Positions 53,482-64,000 of a DNA stretch of 64,000 nucleotides are shown in pieces. The translations under genes and the position numbers were made by a program. The notes beneath the pieces were generated by a model. That model ran no database searches, was not told the DNA's origin, and saw only the letters and a list, made by a program, of their open reading frames with translations. The stretch's first letter is position 1. Each line of letters opens with the position of its first letter. The stretch is from Cyanophora paradoxa CCMP329 (lineage: Eukaryota > Plantae > Glaucophyta): contig QPMI01000633.1 in the NCBI GenBank assembly GCA_004431415.1, forward strand, positions 62,001-126,000. Direction: 5' to 3'.

Positions 53482-56381
53482 ACCCCCCTGCCCCGGGCCC
53501 CCCCTCTCCCCCCCGCCTTCCATCCTGCTCCCAACACACCGGTCGCCTTCCCCGCCCCCACCCCCTCCCCCGCACCCGCCCCGTCCCCTCCCCCTCCCGT
53601 CCCTTTGCGCCGTCAATCTCCATTGGACTCTCGTCGGGGTCGACCGCGATCGCCACAGCGCAGATCATCGCACCGCGCGTGCCTTCCGTGCTGCGCTCCG
53701 TGCGCTCAACGTCTCTGGGGCGGCGCCACGGTGGGGGGGCGGGGGGGGGGCACCCCGTGACGTTCTAGCCCTGAGGTGAGCCTCTGGCTCGTCGAATTAG
53801 TGACGTCGACGGTGCCTGTCGCATCGCAATTACTCGCAGGCTTAAGCAGCAGGAGCAGGCGCAGAGCTTGAGCTCGAGCATCGGCTCGGGCCTGCAAAAG
53901 CAGAGCTCCCCCAGTGGTGCCGCGGGGCCGCGGCTCTACTGGAAGGGAGAGAGGGGGACTCGGGAGGGGGCAACTGGCACTGGCCATGGCCAGTCCCATG
54001 CATACCGCCAGTGTACATCATGGCATGTCGGTGATTATCGGATAAATGCCTGAAATGATCATGACCTTTACTAGCCAGTAAAGGCTTTCAAGTTTAAACT
54101 TGAAAGGCTTCGATTCTAGGCTTCATTCGCAACTCAAGTTCGTTGGTTAGCAAACAAGGCTTGCAAGGCTTCAACTTTGGCAAGGCTTGAAAAAGACAAG
54201 CGCAGCACTGCGGCCGGGCCCCGGCGGCAGTTCGCCAATTCGTGCATTTTCCCGTGCGCATGCTACCTGTCGGATAGGAAGTATTCCCACCCGATTGGGC
54301 GCCCGCGCGGTCCAGCGCGGGGCCGGCTCCCTGTGCTGGAGCAGCTGTGGATGCAGGCTGGTGTATTCTCTGTGTACCCGGAAGACTACTGACACTGTAC
54401 CCCTAGGACAGGTAGAGGCAGGCCGGCGTAGGCTACCGCGAGGTAAACCTACAGGAAGAGAGACTATGCTAAGGCACTCGGACAGCGTCAGGCACCAACT
54501 AGCTCTAGTCACTAAGTCACCGCAAGGCCAGGGAATCGCGCCATGCGACAACTCCTCTTCCGCTGACGTCGCGTCCGCGCGACGTAGCCAGTCAAACCGC
54601 GACTCGAGTCGGCATAACCGCAAGAGGGCGTCCCCAACACCGCCAATGGGTGCGCCGCTCGAGGGCACCGACAGGCCCCAAGACGAGGAACCTGAGCCAC
54701 AGCCCGGGGGGCAGGAATGCAGACAGCTGCAGGCCAGGTAGAAGGCCAGGTAGATCCCGTCCAGGTCGATCCCGTCCAGGTCGTCCAGGTCGAGTGCGGG
54801 GCAAGGCAGGGTGAGGATGAGCATGCATATGCATGCGTGCGATAAAGCTCGAAATGGCTGAAAAGCATAAAAACCGCAGAAAGTGACACTGGCCCGAAAC
54901 TCGCTCCGTACGGCGAGCACCGCAGGAGAGGGGCACGGATGGGAAGTTTCACCGCCTCGGAAGAAAACAACGAGGAGGTATCCGGGCCACCCATCAGGCC
55001 CAACGAAAGAGCGGGGCACGATAGAGTGAGCCGCCGACTACACGCCTTTCTGGGGCCGTGCACCAACGAAGCCCCACTCTACCACTCCTCTGAGCTCTAG
55101 GGCCCACGCTCCAGAAAAGGGAACGAAAGTCGTCAAGGAGCCAACACGCCACCGACCCACACTTGGCCCGACAAGACAGCGCAAGTGTGATCGGCCGGCG
55201 TCTCCAAGAGAGGACAAGGCTGAGGCAAAGCTGGCAAAGAAATCTGCCCCCGCACCACATCTCACCACGATCACAGCGTCGCCCTCGGCATCCCCTCCTG
55301 GGATCCTCGGCGCCGACAGTAGGGGCGAAGTATGGGTTTTGTTCAGGATGGTTGGTAGAGGTTCGCGCGTACTCCGAGTACTCCAGTCCTCCGTCTTGAC
55401 TCGCGATTGTTGACTTGAGCCTCCGATCTCGATCCAAGGGCGGCCAATTGTCGAGCGGCGGCCGAGGCCACGGGTGCACGCTCAGACAGCCGACCCTTGA
55501 GCCGCGCGGCGGTTAAGGGTAGCAACGTTAACGCTTCAACGATATCGATCCCGTGACTTCACGCGCGCTAGCGTCAACGTTCCCATAGGGAATTGCGTAG
55601 GAAGCGCAGGAAGCGTAGGGAATGCATATATCTATGGCCTTGGACGAGATGGGGCGAGGACCCGAGACCGAGCCCTCGTTCTCGCGGTGTGCATGGCAGC
55701 GCTTGCGCTAGCGCTAGCGCTCGGCTGCTGGCGATGAAGCCAGACGACGATGCTCAAGCTGGACGCGGCCATCGTCAAGACATGGCACGCGTGCTGGCCG
55801 CGAAACCCATCGGTCGTTCCTTAGGCCTGGTCTTCCTGTGATCTGGCTCTAGCCAGGCTCGTTGGCGAGCTTGGCGGACCATGATCGCAGGAAGGGCCGG
55901 GGTGCTGCAGCGATCCGTGAGACTGCATGTTCACGGTGCCGAGACCCTCGAGATATTGGGAGTCCTGTTTGCGCGTGGCCGCATCGTTACACGGCATGCA
56001 GTCGGCCGCTGAGATCCGATTCCGTTCCTTAGAATGCCGCATCAGTGAGTAGTGAGAACGGTGCACTGGCCGTAGCTGGGCTCTCAAGCTCTGTCGAAAC
56101 AGCACTTGCCAGTCCGTTCCGGACACGGTCACCGGCAGTGCGCGTAACAACAGGGCCTGAGGGCCGTCAGCCCCAGTAGCACCGCCACCGATGGGTTTCT
56201 GAGGCGGAGGGTGGTTCGCCAAGGGCGAGACCCGGATCCCGGCAAGCCGCCGTGTGAGAAGGCCTCAGGGCGGTTGCAGTTTGGCTAGGTTCAGTCGATG
56301 TCGCTCAGCCTACGGACGGCAGCTCCAATCCGTAGCCGGCGCGACCGTGCATGCACGCTCGAGTCTGACTCAGTGATCCCG

Positions 56382-56578
56382 ACTCCTCTTCCGCTGAAGA
56401 GGGAAAGTCGGGGCGTGCCATGGTGGCAGGCACGCGCCAATCGGGGAGGTGCTCTGGCGTCTGGCCAGGGGGCAGCCTTCTGCTGGGGCGCCGGTGTACG
56501 TACTCCTCTTCCGCTGAAGAGCGGAAGCGGGTGTCTGTGCACGTACACGTACTCCTCTTCCGCTGAAGAGCGGAAGCC
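56382..56578. repeat. Three dispersed copies of palindromic ACTCCTCTTCCGCTGAAGAG
   Basis: Copies at ~56382, 56502, 56551; partial copy at ~54551. Confidence 0.7.
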
Positions 56579-59500
56579 GTAGCACAGCGAACTGCTCTCG
56601 ATACCACTCCCCCTTCGGTGAAGCACCGTCCCCGGTGCTCCACCTTCGAGGTTTCATTTGAATTTGCGAAAACTCTGGCCCTCTGGAGCCACGAGGGTCC
56701 GTGCACGTGAATGGATCGGGGCGGAGTGATTCGCCGAAGAAATTCGCGAATGCAGCTCGAAAGTACGGTGCCATGGCGTGGCAATGCACAACCATGACCG
56801 TCTCTCTTTCCCGATCGCGAGCTGCAGCTGCTTTCTTCTCGATCCAAGCTCGCGTGACCCACGGATACGGGGTCTTCGGTTTGAATTGGGCCCAGGGCGT
56901 GGCCGATCGCGATTGCGGAGGCCGGTTACGTATATGTATATGTATACGTAAACACCAGGCGCATCGAAGGGCTCGTCGTTTCGCCAAGTTGCGATTAAAT
57001 CGAGTGCCGCTCTGTCGGGCTCGAACACGGCGAGCGTCGAGCTCGAGGGGATCGAGGCTTGAGCGTACGTACGTCAGTCAAGCTTTCGGAACACGGCTTA
57101 AAAGCTTTGCATAGCATAGCGCTTGCAATCGGCTGCATGTGCCAGTGTGACTGCGGCTTGTGGCGTTGGTCATGACTGTGCCAGCGACAGCGCTTCCACG
57201 TTTCGCGGCTGCGGGCTAGGCGTCGCGGGCTAAACCTTCCGGGGCGCGCCACTGCCGGGGATAAGATCCTGGGTCGCCGCCGTCGGGTGCGAAATCGATA
57301 ACTGTATCGAGTTCGGTCCCACGCTTATTTGTGTGCGCAAATGGCCGAGCTGCGGGGCAGAATTTAAGGTCCGCCGCGCCACTGCCGGGAATAAGATCCC
57401 GGGCCGGCCGCAGGAGCGAAATCGCTCAGTAGTGTATCGAACTCAAGGATCACGTGCACCGAGACGGAACCCGGGCCTGTCCGCGCGACACTGTGACGGG
57501 GCAGGCGCCGCGTCTGCGCCGTGGCGCGAAACTGCGTGCGCCGAGGCACCGGGCAGAATGCGAGCTTCACCGCCACCCGAGCACGAAAGTTACGGTCGAG
57601 TTTGTAGGCTATAGCTTCACCTCGTTTCCATGCCGCGGCGTTGCAGTGTGATCGCGAGCCTCGGAGATTGGATCGCAGGATCGCCGTAGCGCGATCGCGA
57701 GATTGGGCCGTAGCCACGTGCACTTCGCGTCAGAGCCACACTACGCTGAAGGCACGCGTGGTGCATTGCCGAACTTGGGGGCCGTGCAGGGCTGCTGGCC
57801 CCGTGGGCAGGCTGGACATGGTCGCGAAATCGCCACGCTCGAGCTCTGCAAAATTCGCCGCGCTCTGCTTGCAGGCAATGCGAGGCGAATCGCGTCTCGA
57901 CGCGGTCGAGGTCCGTCGGTCGCTGGGCCTGCGCCGCGCCGGCGTGCGCATGCGCGCGTGCTTTCGAGTTCAACGATTCGAATTCCGAAAAGTTCGAATT
58001 CGAATTTCGGAATCCTTTGAATGTAGTCGGACGGCCTAGGCCGGAGCAGGCTTGAGTTTTGACTCGCGATCGCTCGGTATAAGTAGCGAGTTTCCGAGCC
58101 TCGCTGCGCATGCGACCGCGCGCGTTCAATTTTCGCGCACGTGGACCATGATCGGTGTGATGGCATGCGCGTGCCGCAGTGCCACGGCACGTGAACGCCA
58201 GCTCAGGGCGGGTTGGACCCCATGCTGGCTGCTTCATAATCATGATCATGGCATGCGCCGGTCGACCGCCTCGCCACAGTGCGATCGCGTTTCGCGGGCC
58301 GCTGGGCAGGCTGCGAGGGCCATGTCGTGGTGCGAAAATCCAACTTTCGGCACTGCGGCAAGGCTAGCGCCACAGCTGGCGCTAGTGCAGCGAGGCCGGG
58401 CGCTGGGAGCCGCTGAGTTTGCCGCGGCCGGGCGAGCCGGTGCTCAGGGTTCCAATCGGAACGGCAGCACTGCTCTTGCAATGGACGGGCTATAGCTACA
58501 GCGCTGCCAGCGCCGCTCAGCCACCCTCGCCGCGGCGTTGCAGTGCGCCGCGGCGCGCGGCTCGGCGCGGATGCGTATGCCTAGGCCTGTCTCGGCGCTT
58601 TCGAATTCACAGCCCGGCTGCACGGCAGCAGCTGGACGGGTATCCAAGTGCCATGCGCGGTTCTGCGAGTGCCTGGCCGGGGCCCCGAGCGCCTGTCCAA
58701 CGGTCCGCGCTACAGCTGGACGGGGTCCGGCTCGATCGCGAGGCTCAGGGCTGCGGCGCAGCCTCGCAGGGGACTGCAGGCTCGAGCTCGCGCTGCGGCC
58801 CGACGTTTTCGCGGTGCTCAAGGCCTGAACTCACGGCCGCGCTGCGTGCGTCTTTGAAAATTTCAATCTTCGAATTCCGGCCCGCGCGCGGGGCCAGGTG
58901 CTCAATCAGTGAGAGCAGTGTCCCGGCGGGCTCAGCGAGCTCGTGGCCGGGGCGGTTTTCGCCGCTTCCAGCTCATAGCTGCGAGCCGCTGAGCTGCTCG
59001 CGCGCCACCTTCCCCAACCTGGAGCGCCAGGCTCCAAGTTTGAGCTCGGACGCGGCGCTGCAGCTGCAGCTGGCAAGGCGCTGGCAAGAGCTTAGGCTCG
59101 AGGAGACGTCGACGTCGACAAGCTCAGTGCCGCAGTGCAACACTCGCCGAGTCGACGTCGGCCGTGACCAGATCGGGGGCCTTAAAGCTCGACGATCTCA
59201 TCGCGAGTGTGAAGTCAAGGCTCGGTTTTCGCGACGCCGATCGCAATCATCGTCCCGGCCGCGGGCTGGCGACGGGTTTTCGCGAGGCCGAGGCTCGCCG
59301 CGCGCGAATTCGCTGGGCTCCGGCGAAACGCAAGCTCTGCAGCTGACAGGCGAGCTATGACCTGCGCCCAGGCCGCCTCGGGGCTCGCGGGGGCCGTACG
59401 CCTACGACCACTGGGCCAGGACGCCCGTCAGGCGAAGGCTGAGGGCCTTACGCGTCGGCCGTTTCGCCCATATTGCCGAGTCGGTTGTCTTGGATGCACG

Positions 59501-62134
59501 CGAAAATTGAACGCGGATCCGCTAGCCTAGCAGCGCGGGGCGCCAGCCGCGCTGAGCTCAAGAGATCTAGAGGGGCGGCGGTACCGGTTGCAACTGCATT
59601 GCCATCGGCAAGCCCTCGAGCTCGGGAAGCCTGGCACCGCGGGGTGCCAGCCCAAGAGAGGGCGCGCGGCGGTAAATGCAATTCAAATGATTGCGTTCGA
59701 GGCGAGCGGTTTCATTGCGTGCTGGCGCAGCCTTTTGCGCCCGGCGTCCGCTGGGGCACTAGCGCTGCTCGCGGCCGAGCGCCGATCGGATAACGGCGTG
59801 AAGTTCACGGATCCGGGTCTGAGTTCGGAATTTTGGAGCCAGGTGCACGTGGCGCTCATGATCAGGCCTGGGACTGGGGGCGCCAGTTGCAGGCTGGGCC
59901 GCGAGGCCTCATGATCAGCTGGCCCGTACGCTTGGCCAGTGGGGCCGTGGACTCGCTGGGTCCTGCGGGCCGGGCAGGAGTGCCAGGCCTCGTGATTGAG
60001 ACCGCGACCGCGTCTAGCGAGTGCCGAAGTGCTAGCTATAGGCGTCGGCGGCTGAATCAGGGCCGCGGTTTGAGTTCGAAACAGGCACTCGCGGGGCCGC
60101 GTGATCGCGAGTTTCGGCGCCCGCTGGCCTGGGGTTGGGACCTAGTTTTGCGCTCGGTCGCGAAAATATGCCGCTGGGGCGGCGGGGCGCATGCTTAAGA
60201 GGACGGCGTTCGAGGAGGCTCAGGGCGCCGGCGCCGGCGGTTACGCCCGGCGGTCGGCTTGTGCAGCCTCGCGCGCCCCGAACCCGGCGGCCACTCAACG
60301 GCCGGGTCATCAGCGCCGCCGCAGTGCTCGCAGCCAAGTGCTCGCCGATTCGGCGATGATGATGGCGCAGAGCCCCCGCAGGCTCTGAGCCTAGCTCCGA
60401 GGCTCTGTGGGTGCCAGCGCTCAGCCCGACAGGCTGACCATATACAGGCCTCAGCTGAAATTCTCGAATTGGAGCCGGAGCGCCGGCCGCGGGCCTCGAG
60501 CATGCGCATGCACGGTGCTCTAGATCATCGGATCTAGACCTCCGAGGCTCATGACCAGCCGCTGAGCCCCAGGCCGCGCCACTGGGCCGGGACCGCGGGT
60601 TGCAGGAGCTCGAGCGGCAGCTTGGGGGTCCGAGGAGGCTTTCCGCTTCGAACTAGCTGCCACGGGTGCCGCGGCGCGGGGTAGTCAGCTGCAGTTGCGA
60701 TCTGGGTCCGTGCCCAGCTGCATGTGCAGCTGCCAGGCTGCAGCCGCTGAGCTGCAGCCGAGTTCGGTTTGCGAATGCAAAGCGATTTGCAGACCGCGAA
60801 GCGCGTGGCCGCTGGATTGTGGGGCCCTGGCTAGGGAGCCGTAGGGGACAGGCTTGGCGCGCAAGGCGCCGCCAGCGGCTGGGCCTTAAGCTTGTAGGGC
60901 TCGAGCCCAACCGCAATTGCGGCTTGCAACGCCGATCGGCAGCTGGCCCAGTGGGCATGCAGCGGCAGGCGACGCCAGCACGGCGCCGTCGGAGTCGTTC
61001 GAATTTCGCTTGCTTCGCCGCGAGAAAACTCGGGGGTCGAAGGCAAGGGGCCTCCGCGGCCGAGCTCGAGGCTCGTGCGGGGTGAATTTCCCGGTTTCGC
61101 GGGCAGGATCATCGGACCCCGGAAGGGCCCTGCTGCGAAAACGGTATACGGGGCACGCCGGGGGCGAGCCGTGTGCCTCGCTATAGACCCTCAGGGCCTG
61201 CCGGCTGCTGCTGCCCGGGATAGGCCGGGCCATGCCGTGCGGGGGCACTGGCGTCAGCTCTGGCACCTCCCGCACGTGCACGCGCAACTTGGCAAGCCAT
61301 TGAGTCTAAGTTCAAAGCCATCATGGCATGGGGGCGAGAGAGGCGTCTCGCTCGCGCGCAACGTCGCAACGTCGCGCAACCTCTAGATCGATATCTAGAT
61401 CATCGGATCCGATGATCTGAGACTCGAGATCCGGGCCGGTCACATGCTCAGCTGCAACGCGGCTTGCAGCCTCAAGGCTTCGGGACCTATAGCTTGGCCC
61501 GGCGGCTGAGCCTGGGCCACAGCTTATATCATCCGATGATCAGCTTCCGGAGTTCCGAATCCAACTGGGCAAGGTCCGATCCCGGCCTGCGGCTCGAGCT
61601 TGCAGCCGATCCGTACGGAGCTGGCCATGGATTCGGATTCGCACACAATATTGCTGGCTTGGCGACTCTCTCAGCAAGCTTAAGCCGGCCGGATCCGCCG
61701 CGGCCGGCGCTGACGCTCGTAGCCAGAAGCGTGAGCGGGCCCTGGGCTGGTGTTCGAGCTCACGAGGAAGCAGCCGCAGCCTGCCGGCAGGTGCTGTCCC
61801 GGGGCCAGAACCAGAGCTTCTGAAAAGCCTTTGAAGCTCAGCGGCTCGTGCGAACAGCAAGCTCAGATGGGCTTCAGGCTAGGGTCCGCTTTCCGAGGGC
61901 CCAGGCCCTGAGGGCTCGGGGGACTGAGCTGTGCCTACAGTAGCATGTGCAGTGTAATTAAGGCTAGCACTGGAGCCGGGGTCGCCCCGTAGCTAGAGCC
62001 TTGAATTCGAAGGCACGCCGCTGGGCCGCGCGCGTGGCCGGGCCACGAGCTCGAGCTCGCAATCGAGCCTTTGATTTTGCGGCTTGCCCTGTTTGCCCTC
62101 ACGGCGTCCACTCCCCCTTCTCGCTAGCACCGTC

Positions 62135-62229
62135 ACACATATGTATAAACTTATTTAAATCCCTCGTTCATCTCGATCGCTTCGCGATCTCGATTCACTC
62201 AGGATTTAAATAAGTTTATACATATGTGT
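62135..62229 (-). other. Terminal hairpin of element 2: 28-bp stem (62135-62162/62202-62229) with GATCGC-GAA-GCGATC apex on the minus strand
   Basis: acacatatgtataaacttatttaaatcc ... ggatttaaataagtttatacatatgtgt. Confidence 0.95.
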
Positions 62230-62558
62230 CAAAATTAATACTAAAATACGTATTTATCGATTAAATTCTTTAACTTTTTATGCAAACTTTGTATAAATTA
62301 ATGCAAACTTTGTATTAAAAAATGAAAAACGCGTTTAACTTTATGCATATTTACGATTGCATCAATTGATCTTATATCGATTGATTATGTTATTTGTCGA
62401 TTACATATAAAACTGCGATTAATTTGCATTAAACTACTTAAAGATCGATATAATCGCGATTAAATTGCATAAATTCGCATAAACTCGATATATCTCTCTT
62501 GTATTGAAGTAGACCACCGCCCATTCTGTATCGAAAAACGCAAAAAGTGTCACAGAGT

Positions 62559-62805
62559 TGCATTGTGTCCAATTGAACAATCGATGAGATTGCTGATTTG
62601 CATTTTTGCACCCAAAAACTGTCACAGAGTTGCATTATCTCCAATTAAACAATCGATTATAATGGGGATGGGCACTTTTGCACCCAAAAAGTGACACATA
62701 GTTGCATGGTCTCCAATTAAACAATCGATGAGATTGCGGATGTATATTTTAGATCGAAAAGTGTCACAGAGGTGCATGGTCTCCAATTGAACAATCGATT
62801 AGATT
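62559..62805 (+). repeat. Four copies of the TIR ~32-bp repeat, ~72-bp period
   Basis: tgcat...tccaatt(a/g)aacaatcgat at ~62559, 62631, 62703, 62773. Confidence 0.88.
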
Positions 62806-62919
62806 GCATATGTTCTATAAAACAGAATAATTGAGATCAAGTGTGACAGGTAGTATTCAAATGATATTCAGTAAGAGATATTTTTGTTTTTGAGACAAGC
62901 AGTAAGAGGGGTAGAATGT

Positions 62920-63390
62920 CTGTGACGCCTGTGACGGCTGTGACGCCTGTTTTCAGAAGTCTGTCATTTTTGAAAATTTTAAAAAGTTTGAAAATAGGCG
63001 TCACAGGCGTCACAGGCGTCACACACAATTAAATTAGGTGTCACAGCGAAATTGCAGACCATTTCCAGTAAGACAACTTCGCATTTTCAAAAAGGTTGAT
63101 TAATGGATAGTGTTTTGGAGGTGTCAGAGGTGTCACAAGACGGATTTCAGTAAGACAAGAATATATTCTCGAAAATCTCAGTAAGAGAAAGAGATTCCAT
63201 TTTTAATTGGGTGTGACGCCTGTGACGGCTGTGACGGCTGTTTTCAGAAGTATGTAGATTTTTGAAATTTTAAAAAGTTTGAAAGTAGGCGTCACAGGCG
63301 TCACAGGCGTCACAGTCAATTAAAGAGGCGTCACAGTCAATTAAAAAGTTGTCACACCCGATTATCTGACCATTTTCAGTAAGACCATCT
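62920..63390. promoter_or_regulatory. Two iteron modules of element 2 (TGTGACG x3 / AT-rich / CGTCACA x3+)
   Basis: 62920-63075 and 63211-63390; origin function inferred. Confidence 0.55.
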
Positions 63391-63415
63391 GAAATTCTGA
63401 ATTTCTCAGTGTCAA

Positions 63416-63817
63416 CTAACTCGGAAATCGCAATACTCTATGTTTCTCCAATTTCTCCAACCCTGAAAACACACCTGTTATTCTCTCATCTATCTCATGA
63501 GATACTCTCGTGGTTTTTCTCTCTGCTTCTAATCCACAACTGAATATATCAATCGCCAGCATACCTTCATTTGAGTAACAATGAGCAGTGCAGTGGCTCT
63601 CATCCAGCAGAAGAACCATTGCAAAACCAGGAGGAGAAATACCACCATCGAAAATCTCGCAATGCTTGTGAACTACTCGAATACCTTGCTCTTGAATAAT
63701 AGTTTGTAAGAACTGCATTAACCACCTGGTTGTTGTCTTCAAGTCCTCCACTCCTATTGCTAATTGGTTTTTGAACTTGTAATCCAGCATTACATGGAAG
63801 CCTCGATGAGTATTCAT
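63416..63817 (-). CDS. speD: S-adenosylmethionine decarboxylase proenzyme (element 2)
   Basis: LLDESHCTAHCY, IDIFSCG; close homologue of 2370..2768. Confidence 0.88.
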   Translation of the reverse strand: MNTHRGFHVMLDYKFKNQLAIGVEDLKTTTRWLMQFLQTIIQEQGIRVVHKHCEIFDGGISPPGFAMVLLLDESHCTAHCYSNEGMLAIDIFSCGLEAERKTTRVSHEIDERITGVFSGLEKLEKHRVLRFPS

Positions 63818-63857
63818 TTATGAATAATTTAGAAAAATTAAAAACGCGATTGGTAGA

Positions 63858-64000
63858 ATGCGAACCATCTTAGCAAGAGTGCTACCTTATGAGTTGGTGG
63901 ATATCATTCTTCTGCACTACCACAAGACCTGTCCAAACTGCTTTGACACATGCATAATCACAAAGGGAAAATGGGGAATGATCCTCATTTCTCTCTCAAA
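63858..64000 (+). CDS. Small conserved CxxC protein (element 2, partial)
   Basis: MRTILARVLPYELVDIILLHYHKTCPNCFDTCIITKGKWGMILISLS..., orthologue of 2808..2963. Confidence 0.8.
   Translation, partial: MRTILARVLPYELVDIILLHYHKTCPNCFDTCIITKGKWGMILISLS

Larger units (their letters stand above)
62135..64000. mobile_element. Left end of a second, diverged endogenous PLV of the same family (truncated by the window)
   Basis: Same ACACATA start, 28-bp terminal hairpin, AT-rich segment, 32-bp repeat array, iteron modules, AdoMetDC and small CxxC ORF in the same order as element 1. Confidence 0.92.

Noticed and set aside
37972-62000. Numerous long Arg/Pro/Ala/Gly-rich ORFs on both strands
   Set aside because: Expected from very high GC content and read-through of short introns; only spliced genes with recognisable motifs were kept

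Overview
GC-rich, intron-dense eukaryotic (flagellate protist-like) genomic DNA carrying endogenous DNA viruses. A complete AT-rich Polinton-like virus (PLV)/Maverick-type element occupies 1104-30205 (29.1 kb). It has ~1.37-kb terminal inverted repeats and a 6-bp target-site duplication (CCACAA), and it interrupts an exon of a large host membrane-protein gene. It encodes an rve integrase, a degenerate protein-primed PolB, a TVpol-like primase/polymerase-SF3 helicase, an A32-type packaging ATPase, a double jelly-roll MCP, two minor capsid proteins, a ~2000-aa phage-like fibre with an S74 chaperone, two short paralogous fibre-like genes, a patatin-discoidin fusion, a Dam-type MTase and an AdoMet decarboxylase. 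A second, diverged element of the same family begins at 62135 and runs off the window. Comparing the two reveals the most striking signal. Each end is an 85-95-nt hairpin with a covarying 28-bp stem and an apex built from a GCGAAGC (GAA-triloop) cap plus sheared G.A pairs that can form only on the 3'-terminal strand. This is accompanied by iteron-type origin modules whose core repeat differs between the elements, and by a pPolB lacking motif B and the exonuclease motifs. Together these suggest, as an inference, an integrating dsDNA virus that has moved from protein priming towards hairpin self-priming and/or primase-helicase replication. Host genes between the elements include alpha-SNAP, an ExoX-like DEDDh exonuclease, a class I glutamine amidotransferase, a CCDC151-like dynein docking protein and ZMYND12, with frequent GC-AG introns. 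All protein assignments are from motif recognition by eye; no database searches were run.
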